Positions 50,801-64,000 of a stretch of 64,000 bases of DNA are shown here, piece after piece. How positions within the stretch are numbered: the stretch's first letter is position 1; each line of letters starts with the position of its first letter. The notes under the pieces are model-generated. The model saw only the letters and a program-made list of their open reading frames with translations, had not been told where the DNA came from and searched no databases. The DNA comes from Iphione sp. A-MEVVRFRX5 (lineage: Eukaryota), in the NCBI GenBank assembly GCA_976226885.1, contig OZ320318.1, positions 71,796,001 through 71,860,000 of the forward strand. The letters run 5' to 3'. The translations under genes and the position numbers were made by a program.

Positions 50801-52718
50801 CCAGAAAAAAACAGTAGCCAGCTCGTGTGATCGATAGAGAACACTGTCCTCACGTCCGCCCCCATTCAGCTTCTCACAAAGTCACGTCCAATCTCGTCTA
50901 TTCGCGTGTGGTCCGGGGCATGCTCGATCTGGCCCTCGGCTCATTAATTGTCAGGCCACGCGCTGCCTTCCCCCGGCCCATTTCCCGCCAGTGCCACTCT
51001 GGTACGTGATGGCGGTGATGTTTCTTTTGTGAAAAATGACGGCAGACGACATTTTGTGGTCCGCCTTACCCTGAAACAATACTACCAGAGTTCCGTTGTC
51101 GCAGATGCCGCTGGGAATTCCTTATGCATATTCTATTACCTCCCAACATTGACTCATTCGTTTTATTTCAAAACCGTTATTGCATTCGTGGATCACTCCA
51201 GCGCCTAAGGGGAGTCATGCTGCCTATAAAATATTCCTCAAGTCACTGAACTCCATAGATTCTTGTTTAGTACGGTTAGCTTTCATATCTGCTTCTCTGT
51301 TAAGGTGTCGTAGATCGCAAAGCGCAAACACTTACCCCCGCAGTTTCTTGGGACTTCCCTCGCTGAACCTTGACCCAGCACATATCCATTCATTTGTGGG
51401 CCTGGGGGAAGCTAGGATCGTGTTTTGATAGGCATCCTCGGCGGTTCGGTCGGGGCATGCCCAACGAACAGTCGTTCCATTCATGATCCTGAAACGGCCG
51501 TGAGGCAGCTCATGCAACAGATATCGATCGAGACTGAAATCTGAGTGATTTAGAGACTACACGGTGAATTGAGACAAACTAAAGCTAGGCGAAAGTAGAG
51601 GCCGAGCCAACAGGAAAGGGAAGCATAAAGAGAAGACACAATCGTCAGGGGCAAAACATCGAAACAGGAAAGGCTGGAGAACAGATGTTCAGGTTTAAGA
51701 TGTAAAAATAGAGAACAGGAAGCTAAACATAACCAGAATTTTAGTTCAAACACAGGAAAATGGAATCGACAGGAAGCAGCTTATAGCTAGGTTGGGGAAA
51801 CTACATATGACCGACCTTACCGGATGCAGTGAGGAGCTGATGGGAGGAGACGGTATATCGCTATGACCCATGCACAATTCTTTCGTGCTGCACAGTTAAC
51901 TTTATTTTATCATGAACACAGTCCACCACAGACGGTTGTCAGTTCCTGGTTTATTGACCTGTCCCCAAATCTCTCAGCATAGAGCTTATTGTTTTGGTGC
52001 TATCGTTAGGAGGTGCTAGGGAAGCAGCAAATGTGTCGGGTCCATTACATTTCATCTTAGGTGTACAATTATCATTCCACTGATTATAATCTTCGTGGGC
52101 CTCGGCACAGGATCCTGTCTGTTCTATTACCTCAGGTGGCAGATATTTCCGACAGGTTCAACAACTGAGTATTTGTTGATTAGAAAAGAGGACATCCATA
52201 CAGGAAGCGGGGTTCCACTGACACAGCCTACAATCTTCATCTGTCATTTATCTCGGGTTATTCCTGGGTAGCTGCCTTCTAGTGGTTGGTACAAGTTGGA
52301 GGTGGCTATCCATATATCGGTAGTAGGGCAAGCTGGATCTCTGTAGTGGTGCGTGGGTTTCAGTGTGGCTTGTCAGGTAAACAGGACAGGAAGCAGGCAG
52401 GAAACTCTGTCAACACCTGGCCAGTTTACACTGATGGTCAGCTCGCCTGGTTGTAGGGAAAGGGCCGATGCCAATCCATTCATATCCCTTATACGACCCC
52501 TGACCAGCCTTGGCCCCGTGTGAGGTGCCTGGGCCCGGCCTGCACTGGATCTGTCGGTCGCTCGGTCGGTTAGTCAGGGTGCCTGCATATGCATACACGG
52601 CCGTCACTGCCACCAACACCTTGCACGCACATTCACACACGCACAGAAAAAACCCCACTACCTGTCCAGTCACCACAGACCCTCTCCAGCACAGCTTGCC
52701 CCAAGAAGCGCTGGCCCT

Positions 52719-53375
52719 ATGTCGACGCCGTACACCAAGATGGCGAACGTGACTTCCGGGGTCGACCCGGAAATGCAGAAGGTGAAGATCGCCGTGCTGG
52801 GCGGGCCGCGCGTCGGAAAGACGTCGCTCATCCAGCAGTTCGTGTGTAATCAGTTCACCGACGAGTACATCGCCACCGAGAAGCGCCAATGCTACTACCC
52901 GAGCATTATCATTAACGACCACATGTACGAGGTGAAGATCGTCGACTGCCCGGTGATCCCCTACTTCCCCGTCAACTCGCTCTACGAGTGGACGGACTTC
53001 CGCGGCTACGGTCTGCGTAACGCCACCGCCTACGTGCTCGTCTACGACATCACGTCGGAGGAGAGCTTCCGCTACATCCGCAGCATTCGCGACCAGATCG
53101 TCGAGAGCCGCGACATGCACGACGTGCCCGTCTTCGTCGTCGGCAACAAGCACGACCTGAGCGAGGAGCGCGTGGTGCCGCGGCGAGAGGTGGCCAACAC
53201 CGTGAAGAAACAGTGGAAATGCGGCTACATCGAATGCTCCGCCAAGTACAACTGGCACGTCGTGCTCGTCTTCAAAGAGCTCATGAAAGCCATAGATTAC
53301 ATAGACTTTGGTCACAAGCCCACCTCCGTACGCGTGCAGGACGCACTCCGACGGAACCGCTGTGTAATCTTGTGA
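52719..53375 (+). CDS. RASL10: Ras-like protein family member 10 (RASL10/RRP22-type small GTPase), uninterrupted CDS; the start may be the ATG at 52740 or 52773
   Basis: G1 GGPRVGKT, G2 T, G3 DCPVIPYFPVNSLYEW (cf. RASL10B DFPPISAFPVNTLQEW), G4 NKHD, G5 KCGYIECSAKYNWH, C-terminus ALRRNRCVIL (CAAX; cf. ALRRNRCAIM); strongly GC3-rich codons. Confidence 0.93.
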   Translation: MSTPYTKMANVTSGVDPEMQKVKIAVLGGPRVGKTSLIQQFVCNQFTDEYIATEKRQCYYPSIIINDHMYEVKIVDCPVIPYFPVNSLYEWTDFRGYGLRNATAYVLVYDITSEESFRYIRSIRDQIVESRDMHDVPVFVVGNKHDLSEERVVPRREVANTVKKQWKCGYIECSAKYNWHVVLVFKELMKAIDYIDFGHKPTSVRVQDALRRNRCVIL

Positions 53376-56300
53376 CAACACATAAGGAGGAGGACAAATC
53401 CTTAAATTGAACAGAATTGACCTAAGTAAGGTAATCAGTTTGCTCCGTAGATCAAGCAAAATGAGGGAGCATTGAGCGTTCCCCTGCGGTGTACCGCTGT
53501 GCTCGTCTCATATTGAGAAAGGACTGCCACAATTTACTCCGGTAGTCTCAGCGAAGAGGCACAGCAGCCATGAGTGATGCAGGTGTAAACAGCACAGGGG
53601 AAAATATCATTTGAAATGGTACAATACCTTCAATGCTCGATCACGCACAGTCCCCCTTTTTTAAATACAGACCAGAAAAAGTATGACGAATTATACGTAT
53701 TATGCCAACTGGTGCGTCAATCTCAAAGATTAGCTTGAATCAAGTGCTATATGACCCATGTAAAGGGAATGGGGTGTGTAGTTTTTGACTATGGAAGTAA
53801 GCATTTATGGGATTTGTTTGCAGTGTGCTTAGTATTCGCTGCATGTCCTTTCAGGAGATGATATACATGTAATTGATCTATCCTTCTGGATAAGCTAATA
53901 GTGCCAAGCCTCCGGTTCGCTGTTAGGGTAAAGCTCTCACACTACCGGTCTATCCGTCGCGTTCTGCTAGGAAATTGCTTTAACAAGGAAAGCTATCAAC
54001 CCTATTGACTCCCACGTTAGACGTCTATTCGTGGTGGCTCTGATAACAACCCACCCCCCTCTTTGTCCTCCTCACTGCTGCCTAACCTATTAATATCATC
54101 TCGACAATGGAGGAATATAGAGACAATCTCTTAATATTACTCCGAAGAATGCCGAGTAGCTCCAGCGCCCGTATTATGTAAAGGGATTCGAGGGGAATTC
54201 ACTCTGGCAGTGGTCTTACACGAGTCAGTCTTTAAGGAGGATGGCCTGGCAGTCCCTCATGTTACCTTGAGCCAATAATGTCGCCAGCGTGCCCGAGGAT
54301 ATTACAACCATTCCCACTTGCATCTCTTGAATATCTTCCGAGTGCGCTAGCTTCGTAAGCGGTCGGCGGGCGCTTCTAAATGAACCCATTCTTCAATGGG
54401 AACATTCGAGGGGAGTTCGGCTCTCTTCTTTAAGTTCCTCGTTGTCACTTCACGTCAGATGTGTGTTGCTCCGCACCTAAGACCATACCTTCACTGAGAA
54501 CTGAGAATACTTTTCTCCACTCAAATACTCATGAGTATACTTTCCCTCCGTGTTTCAGGAAAGGATGGTTTCGACTATTCTTTCCCCCCTTTGTTGCTCT
54601 ATTTTTCTGGCTGTTTTTATTTAGTACTGGCATCAATGAAACAAACTACCACAGGCCTTTGACAAGCATAAGCGATATGTGGCCTATATATCGTATATGG
54701 TGACTGTTCCTCAAACAGGACACTAAGTGTTTTTTGTCTATTTACTCTCTTGACTGTCCAAAGAGTGGTGTGGTTTTGTAGTCGAATGTGTGGGATTAAA
54801 AATCCATCTTTGAACATTAATCTGGTTTCTATTATTGAAAAGCGCATAGATGTTTCCTCCTAAAGAGTCCACAACTGAACACAAATAAAAGACATTTTCT
54901 CAATGAAATGAATTATACCTTCAAGTAAAAAAGGTTAAAAGAGGATAGTTTGCGCACGAGAACACACGATGGAATAAATACAGGTATCTTCGATTAATAG
55001 TTGGCACTGCATAGGGCATGCTCAGATGACTAGTTCAAACTGTTGTTGTATGTTTTTGTTTTTTAAATACTTTTATTTCTACTGGAAAAGGAGTACGCTT
55101 GAAAACCTTACAAATTCAGCTCATATGTCGCGTCATAATGTACACAGATTTTCAAATAACGTAGTACCATAGATATCTGATAGACCCATGATAATTTAAT
55201 AGGAAGCTAATTAATTTTAAATTTTATAAGGAAAACAATATGGAGATTAAAAATTAATGAAAGCTTCAAGATTGATCAAACGTCCCGAAAAATACCGTTG
55301 GAAATGGGCCCTTTAATGTAGACGCACAAAGATTAAACCATCGCCAAGACGGTGTTAGATATGAGATTAAAGTACGATTTTGGAGAACATTTTGGCGTTA
55401 TGTTCATTACCACTGTGAGAAACACGTTCCCGCATGGCGGAAACGAGAAGAATAAAAACTACATGTGTTGTTTGGTGGTCGATCTTTTCCTCTTAGAAAC
55501 CAACTCAAAGGAGGTGCCGGTAACTTTAGAAATGTTGCGAATGTCAAAGAGTAAGATGATGGGAATGAAAAAGAAGCTTTGCATACATTAATAATGATGA
55601 GTTCTCTGTATATTCCACAAGAAAGTCTGACTCTTCTGCAAGAGGTCTTACTTTAATGTATTTCTGTGATGCAGTGTCCGGAATAATTGAAAGCGGACAA
55701 CAAATGGACTAATGATAAGAAACATTACAAACCATTTAGAAGAAGAGAAAAGAGGGGAGAGCGAAGTAAATCAGCAAGAAAATGAAGACGAATTAAGGAC
55801 CATTTGCAGTTACTATTCATCACTGACCAAATGGCGGGAAGTAGTGATTGAGTTCATGAACAAATGATGATGAAGCCGTATTAGAAGGCTCCTGTTAGAT
55901 CCCCTGGACATGATGTTATTAAACATGGGTTAAATGATTGTTCCACTATGGATTTAAAACGAAATAGAAGTTAATTGACAAATTAACCCAAAATTGCGTG
56001 CCGCACGAAATCGCACGATTTAATTTTCTCCTGGACATGTTTTGAAAACCAAAGAGGAACATCTTTGTTGAAAATTATTAATTGAACTGGGTCCATGAGT
56101 ATTTGTAAATGGTGGATCGTATGCTTTCCTCTAATAATTTTTAGTCGAAGACACTAAACGATAAAAAAAGCAGACTTCACGTTAGGCGGAGCTTTAAAAA
56201 CAATGCAGTTGTATTCCGTTTCCAGCATCAAGGCATAATTGCGTTTTTTTTATATTATCCCTCATATGGAGAATCAATAACAGACATACATTAACAGGCT

Positions 56301-59300
56301 ACGCAGCGGCATCTGAGGGCGTCCTTTAGTTCATATTCTTACGTGAGCGCTCTTCCCTTTCAAGTGACAAATCGAATGTTAGTCGATCTCGGGCCGCTTT
56401 CATCCTGGTGGATACCAATATTTAGTCTTCAGGGCCTCCTTTCGCCACCGTAGCACCGGCTGACCCTAGCGGACGTGTTTGATCACGCTGATTGTAAGCC
56501 TGACACATATTCCTCCTCCGTCTGTGGGGACCCTCTGAAACTAGTCGCCCATGTGATTTATGAGTGCCGAAGTGGTATCATCATAGGCATTAATCTCATT
56601 GATCACACTGTCGGTTCTCTTTCGCCTGGATCTACGTGCAAACACCGCGAGAATCTGGGAGAATCTTTTTGGGTGAAAGAGAGGAGTTCTCTGGGTACAG
56701 ATACACCACGTAAGAGCATAGCTATCAATTTACAACACGAGACAAGACGTAAAAGAAAAGAAGACGAAGGAGATGGAAGGGAAAAGACGAAGGAAGCGGA
56801 ATATTTGAGGAAAGCAAAGCATAGGTACTAAATCAATGGTAAAACACAGAACATAGCAGTGGTAAGGAGCTCTTGATTTGGATTTTTCATGCGGGTCAAA
56901 ATCATCTTTACTCACTGGGCACTATATCTTGTTTTGTAAAACACATCATCATAATTTAATATAATCCTCGGAAAAAGAAATTCCTATGCGTGCCTTGGCC
57001 AGGATTTGATATGTATGAAACACCTGCATGAAACGTGTCAGGCCTTAGGGTTTCATCTTCTAAGACTGACACACTGAGAATTAGTTGACCTCTAATTCAG
57101 TACTAAAAACCGATGATCTTTAAATGAAACTTAGCAGTGTTACATTATTGTACTATTTCTATGAAAAGGAGCTGTCTAAAACCCCTCCCTTATCATTTAT
57201 ATTACAAATTCAAAATTCTTCCTGGTATGACATAGAGCAACCTTGCACTATTATTGGTGGTCTGGGTGGTGTTGGTGCTGTGAGATGAATTTTAGTTAGT
57301 ATAAGGAGGCCACTATAGGAGCGAGTATTTCACATTAAATCTGTTACAATTTCATTCAACTGCTCATGACTAATGCATTGATTATGACATCATGTCGTTT
57401 TCATCAACATTTATTGACATTTGTTACTCAAAACCTCAGGGAACATTTTAAGAATTGCTATAAAATTTTATCAATTTATTCCAGTTTAGTGAGCATCACC
57501 ATAGAAGTTTTACTGCTAGAACGCAAGCTGTAGAATTTGCACTTTTCTGGTCGCAATTTGTCACCCAAATCAACTGGGTAAGAAAAACTGATTCTTACTC
57601 CCCGATATATAACTCAACACCGAACAAGCTAGATCCTTTGTTTGATTACAAAGACATCCTTGATTCTCGGGCAAAGTAGTTTCGGGTGAGCCCCCATTTA
57701 TTTATGTCCTGTGGGACATGCTTCCTTAATCTCTAGATCATTAACATCGAATCAAGAGCCCCAACACCTGCTTTCTCCACATTAGTAATGCGATTGGCCG
57801 TGTGCTTGTTATCATTAGTTTGGTGCGAGCGTCCTCCGCCCAAACCTGAACGGATAGCTTCCGAGCTAAAGCTATCCAATTCATCAGGAGTCACTGAACT
57901 CACGCAGCTAACGTCACTCCTTTAAGAATAAATCTGATGCTGCACAATGGCTCGCTGCAGGTGCACATTGTTTTCAAGAGTCCCCCTGTGTAGTAGAAAC
58001 CTAAGCCTCGGGCATTAAGGTCCATCGAAAGAAGGAGATTCTATAATCTGTCCGTTCTCCGAGGCCATATGTCTCAATCAAGGCCACAGTCAATATGGCG
58101 CCAGACTTGCTCCTCTTCAAGACTTAATGCGCAACAGCCAAAACAGGAAGAAGAACGGTTTTACGCAATTGCCATATCTTCAGGAGAATTGCCTTTGGGT
58201 CGTTATCACTTTGCAAACGGCACTTCGGAGTGGGTATGAATTATTTAAATGTTACAAATGATCATCGGAAAGATCAGATGCCAAGAGGAAAACATCCCCG
58301 AAGAAGCAGAAAACTGTTCCGGCTTTCTTTCAGACAACATCCAATGACTCCGGGACACTCTGTGTGACAGACAAACAATGTTCTCCTACGAGGAGAACAT
58401 TGTGATATAGACGATAAAAAGATTTCAGTGTATGTGATAACGGATGAGTGTGCAACGCAATATTAATGCCTGGGTAAATTTGAACACGGTACTCTGCGTT
58501 GAGGACGGAGAACGAATGGAGGAGTCATTTTGGCCTGTGGTTCCTCTGACAATGATGCCATATTAGAGGTAAGGGTAGATGGCAACACGTCCAGGTAAAT
58601 GTTTCTATGTAGAGTGCAAAGCAACATCTAACAGGTCATTTAATTGAGTGATCACTGAGTACCAACTACACTGTTTTACAATTTATATGATATGATAATC
58701 TGTGGCCTAATGAAAAAAAAACTTCGTGCCTGCGACAGTGTCACAAAAACACCATAAAATATGAAATTGTAGTGGTGTTTTACTGACTCCACGAAGCCTT
58801 CGTTTATATACTATATGTTGATTAACATGCAGATCCCCCTAAATTGTGTACATGATAGGATTATGAGCGCTCTATCCCACCGTAAATGGCCTGAATAGCC
58901 GTAGGCTGTTCAGGTAACAGTAATGTACAAGGGCTTCGACCGACTGTAATGCTTGCATTCCAGCAAACCTTCCGTAAAGCGAAGGTGTGAAATGCCTATT
59001 ACCTCCCCGTTAACTCAGCGATATTCAGCTCCTTCCAAAACGCCACAGTACATTAGGAATTGCCTTTCAAGGATCTATAAAGTTTACAGTGACGTTACCG
59101 TGTGGCAATGCCGAAGTCAATGAGAGAAAATGTGCGTAGTGTATTACATGCTGCAAAATACACGTGTCTGGCGTAGCTGTATACAGAGTAAATGTAATTA
59201 TATTTCCCCTGTTGTTGTACAGACATAGTTCACTGCATGAGAGTGAATGGAGGGTAGAATGTCCCAGATGTACAGAGCGGCGGTGCAAGAGGCTGTTTAG

Positions 59301-61997
59301 ACAGAACATACTGCGAAGCAAATGTTTCACTAGAAATACGTGGGCACAACAGTATCCACGACAAATATGACGAAAATTAATCCTATTAATGAAAACGACT
59401 GTAATGTGAGCAAGATATGGTGATAATCCAGCAGGGCATTAATGGAAGAGATGAATGGATTGAAATGTGACTACATGTATGTACAATACTAGGTCATCTC
59501 TGAAAAAAGGATTTCAGCAAAATATGAGCGCAATGTATCAAGGTTTAACAGAAAAAGACTGCAACAAAATATAACAGGAATATGGCGTAGTTATATTTAA
59601 ATGTATGATAATTCGTGAAACTATGGCCATAATACATAGGAGAGTATAAGTAGAAAAAGCAGCACAAAGGTTTATACATAACCTCGACTGTGGCTGCTTT
59701 ACTGAATGTGCATTTGGTCCTGGTCACCTAAGAAATGACTGACTGTTCCTGAGGACCGTCACTCAGAAGAAACCAAACGAGACAGTTTTAAGGAAAGTCA
59801 GTAGGTGGGAAAGAATAATCTTTACTGTCGTGGGCATTGTATCAAATTAAACAAAATAGACATGGAACTGCCTGTTAGTGGAATACCGAAAAATTAAATT
59901 AGTATCGACATCAACTCGTCTGATCCAATGCTCGTTAATTTTACGTATATTATTTTTTTCGTATTGTATCTGGCACGTGAATTTCATATATTGCATGAGG
60001 ACATTCGAAAAAAAATATTGTTCTAGCCCAGCGTATTGGGTATTGCCTTGTTTGTAATAAATCACCAAAGCTAATGGGAAAGTTTTCGGACAATTATGGA
60101 ATTCATAATGAAGGATAAAACTAAAATGAGAAAATGTAAGCAATTCCTCCCGAGACCCAAGTCACTCAACAATAGGATATGTGTGTGTGACGATCATAAA
60201 TCCTTTAAGAACTTCATGGTTTGAAATGACATTGGTAGCCGATGTCAAATTGGCAAGTGAGTAGTTTTGTGATGCCTAATAAAGTTGTCTTCCATTAAAT
60301 GTACCTGTACAGAAGCCTTGACACTGGCAACGTACACCTTTTCTTCCTTCAGCTAGTACAGGTCTACCCGGGTTACTTCAGCCAGACAAGCTGTCCGATA
60401 CCTTAGCTCCTCGTGTATACCGATACAGAGGTGTATAAACTGTGGCTCTCGCCTTTCCTGATAACCTTTGGCTTACAAACCATCCCTTCCCCACGTACCT
60501 GGTACTTATACCCTACGCTGCTGAAAGTGGCCGGCTTGCATCCCTCGTCCGGAATTTCCATTTTAATGGACTTTCCTTCAGGGATTCTCTCTCCTCCTTG
60601 TCCTCTCCTTGTCGAGCTGCCTGCCCATTCTCTCTGCCGCAACAATGTATGCATTCCGGGCATGTGCCTCATTTCATAACCATTCATCAAGTTTTCTATC
60701 ATCTCCGTTTTACCCTATCGTTTTTATGCTAAACATGCGTCCTTCCTGTCCTTGCTTATGTACCTCGTTTGTTTTTATTCACGTCCGTTTCCTCCGCACG
60801 CGAAAACTTGAAGCCACTGTCTATTCTCTCTGTGTAAAGGTAATCGGAAAAATTTGCCACAGAAAGGTAGCCAGCCTTGAAACAAGATTTATAAAGTGAT
60901 TGTTACATTTCCCTCGAGAACAATAGGTAAGGTAGCTTAGTGTACGTGGCAACCGGCCGGAAAACTCCCATTTAGTTTCCAGGGCTGTCGCTCGGATGCT
61001 CTCCGGAGGCCTGGCCCGATGGTGGTGGTAGATTTGTATGTGGGGTGGGGGTTGGGGGGGGGGCTTTTGGTTGTAACGGTTCAGTACGAGCGGTAGGCAC
61101 AGATTGCCCCTGGACAAGCCAGGGTCGTGAAGGGAGACCGGAGGAGCCCTGGAGGTGCGCCCCAGGGTGGTAGGCGCCCAACAATCCATGCCGGCAGGTG
61201 TCGGGCAGCCTGCCCCCGGACAATGCCCCTTAATCTCCGGTGGAATTGGAGGCTTACCCGCAGACCGCAGAACGAGTCGTCTAGAGCTCGTCCTCACGGG
61301 ACCCCACCTCGTCTCGTCCGCCGCCCACCCGCCCCCCCCCCCCCGGCCTCCCCTTGGAGATCCTTCTGTGGAGGGAGGCCGGCAGGCCCGCCGACCGTTG
61401 AGGGCCTGTAGCACATACCAACAACCATTGCCTGCTCCTCCTGCCAGCCCCAAACGCCTTGGTCTCCCAAAAGAAGGAGCGCGACGGACTAAATGGACCG
61501 ATCTCAGACAAATCCTAGTTCGAGCAGCTCCGAGTGGTTGTAAATCGTGTCCGCATCAGCCCTGAACGTTGCAGGGAGCAATCTCATTTCTATGTTGAGT
61601 GCCTGTTTGCCCTAGCCCATACCACGTGCAATCGTGTTTACATTGCAAATTATTACTTTTTTCTTAAATCTGTTTTTCCTCTTTTGTCTCCCAGCTGTGG
61701 TCACGCCCCTATCGCGGCATCTTTGTATTTTTTTCATCGGTTCTATTCCGTTCATACCGGTGCGTCTTTCTATAGATCATTTCTTCAAACGCCTTTCTTT
61801 TGTACAAGCCGATACCGGCTACAGAATGCTTTAGCAAGACGTCTTGAAAGAATTATATGTTCTCTGTCTACATGTCCCTTGTAGTCTCTCACATGATTCT
61901 GTTGTTTTCAAAACCAACTCAGCAGGAATATTCAATTTCTCGCACAATTCTGTTGTCCAGGTACATTCTTGTAAACTTATTTTTCATGTCTAAATAC

Positions 61998-62384
61998 TGT
62001 AAAGGCCGTGCTGGCTTTTTGTCTAGCCTGTGATATCACATGATTCTAATGCAACAGGTTAATCAGTGCAGCTGATAGTATTTCACTGAATGCAAATAGT
62101 CCTGGCAGTTATGCCACACTCCACATCTATTACAATAATTACATAGCCCACAGTGTTGGTAACATGGGAATTCCCACAGACAGCTACTGGCTCATGATTG
62201 GTCCTTAACAGATCACCCCATATTCCTTACGTAGATACTGTTAGCCCACTGGTCAGCTAAAGATCACCCCATTTTCCTATATACCCATGAAAGAGACTAT
62301 ATAAACCTGTGCTTTGGAATAAATAAACAGTCTTGACACTGGTATCACTGAGTTCACATCTCCTTTATTAGTAACTTATTTACA
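61998..62384 (+). mobile_element. Probable solo LTR (Gypsy or BEL type), 387 bp
   Basis: Ends TGTAAA...TTTACA form a 6-bp inverted repeat; flanks ATAC/ATAT (4-bp TSD with one mismatch); internal TATATAAA (about 62298) followed by AATAAATAAA (about 62320); short AGATCACCCCAT repeat. Confidence 0.6.
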
Positions 62385-63622
62385 ATATGTCTAACCTAAA
62401 TGCAACAATTTAGTTTGCAGGGAACTTTTTCACTGAAAATGCATAAAGTCAAACCTCGAAATCCGAACGTTCAAAAACTGAATGGACTTAAATTTCCGAA
62501 TGTTTTTTTACTAGAAGCTTGTAATACAATTTTCTACTTAAATACGACTTTGGTGATCTGCAACGGCTGGTTGCATATACAAAGTTAACGTATTGACTGT
62601 GAATACAGAAAACACCCAGGGGAACAACTGCTAGCCATGCATTATTCAAAGTCGCTTCCTAAAAAGAATGCATAATTGCCTGGCAAAAGCTGTGCAGCTC
62701 CATACGTGAGATAACGTCTGTATTCCAGTCATGCAGCTGTCGAGGAGGGTACATTTCTGAAGACTTTCAGTGGCGGTATTAGTTGTAGCCGTGAAGCAGT
62801 CCTGATGCACATCCTACATTACACATTCTGCTGAGTGTGTCAATACTCGAGAGAGACGTACGGCTTCCAAGTGCAAAAGTGCTATGTGTCATTGTACACG
62901 AGCGAACAGACTGGAAGATCCTATCTTCTGTGTACTTTGTAGAGCAGTCCGATAAAGTTTCAGTGTATTGGCGTTTTCAAAACATGTTGAACATGTGTTT
63001 CCCTTTTTCCACAGAAAACCACTATTGAGCAAGCCCACGTTACCTGTAGCAATGTAATTCGAGATTGCTTCCATATTTCACCCTGCAATTTTAACCCTCT
63101 GTCGATGAGTTTCGCGTAGCAAATGGAGACAACAAAATGTCGGGAAATGGTTTGGAGCCGACATGCTCACTCAATGCCTCATGAATTCAAGTTTAGTTTC
63201 CAATCTCCTTTCCATAGGGCAAGCCAAACTTAAACTGAACATTTTCAGAAGGGCATACCTTCCAGACGAGTCGTTGTATCAAACTGCAGAATATTACAGG
63301 ATTTTATGTTATATTAACTTACCATACCTCCTTAGCAAACCATCTAGAGTTCAAATAGATTCCGCTTTTTATATACAATGGATCCAAAAGCTGCCTTATG
63401 TATTCATAGGGAATGCTTCAAGTTTCTTCAGCAATGTTTGCAATTTCTCTATACAAGAAGGTCATATGTGCCCGATTGATATAGTTTCATTTCAGATTAT
63501 GTAAGCACGTGGTTATGAATTGTCTCAATACTGTAAGAACATTGGCGTTATTGGCATTAGCGTTTAGTATATTGATTACTAAAAATACTTGCTTGATAAG
63601 TAAAAACTAAATATTAAAATGC

Positions 63623-63704
63623 CTTTATTCCGATTTCATAAAACTTTCTTTAAATTGTTGGTGCTTTTATTCCGATTTCACAAACCTTTCTTTAAATTGT
63701 TGGT
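63623..63704. repeat. About 42-bp tandem duplication
   Basis: TTTATTCCGATTTCA(T/C)AAA(A/C)CTTTCTTTAAATTGTTGGT twice. Confidence 0.85.
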
Positions 63705-64000
63705 TCAAAGCTATGTTATCGAATTAAGAATCCCTCCCCCCTAAAAAATATATATAAACGAAATCTGGAGTCGACTAATAAATTCCATCTTCCAACAAGC
63801 CCCATTTGACCGCAAGCTGTGCGGCCCTCCGTGTCTCCTGGGACACTATTGTCTCCGGCCTTTTTTTTCTATGGTAGAAACGACTGGCGTCTGTCAAAGT
63901 CTCCTTTATACATGGTCAACGCGGTCCTTGAGGAGGGACCTGTTCTATTCACCAGACACTGACGGATGAAGCGCACACCTGCGACACATCTGCTGGGCCA

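Noticed and set aside
61155-61884. LRQILVRAA...GCKSC resembling a Penelope linker
   Set aside because: No convincing GIY-YIG or RT motifs nearby; GC-rich low complexity.
1-64000. CRISPR arrays, rRNA or genuine tRNA genes
   Set aside because: No repeat-spacer arrays or rRNA-like sequence seen; the only tRNA-like A/B boxes belong to the SINE head.

Overview
This looks like animal (probably invertebrate) genomic DNA: about 40% GC, (GA)n microsatellites, a 156-N gap and many repeats. I recognise one clear host gene, a RASL10/RRP22-type Ras-family GTPase with an uninterrupted CDS (52719-53375, +). The main feature is an apparently intact CR1/L2-group non-LTR retrotransposon (about 18793-25121, +) with three separate ORFs. 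ORF1 is an L1-type coiled-coil/RRM/CTD protein with a C-terminal NADAR (YbiA/RibX-like ADP-ribosylhydrolase/N-glycosidase) domain. A free-standing SGNH esterase ORF follows, then an APE-RT pol ORF and a (AAAATCCTTG)n tail. The rest is a transposon graveyard: two decayed CR1/L2 fragments, a Penelope remnant (RT thumb + GIY-YIG) interrupted by a tRNA-derived Deu/Nin-type SINE, a second SINE copy, a small Penelope-derived insertion with a 20-bp target duplication and a hammerhead-like core, Sola-like and hAT-like transposase remnants, MITEs and a probable solo LTR. All family assignments come from motif recognition by eye; no searches were run.
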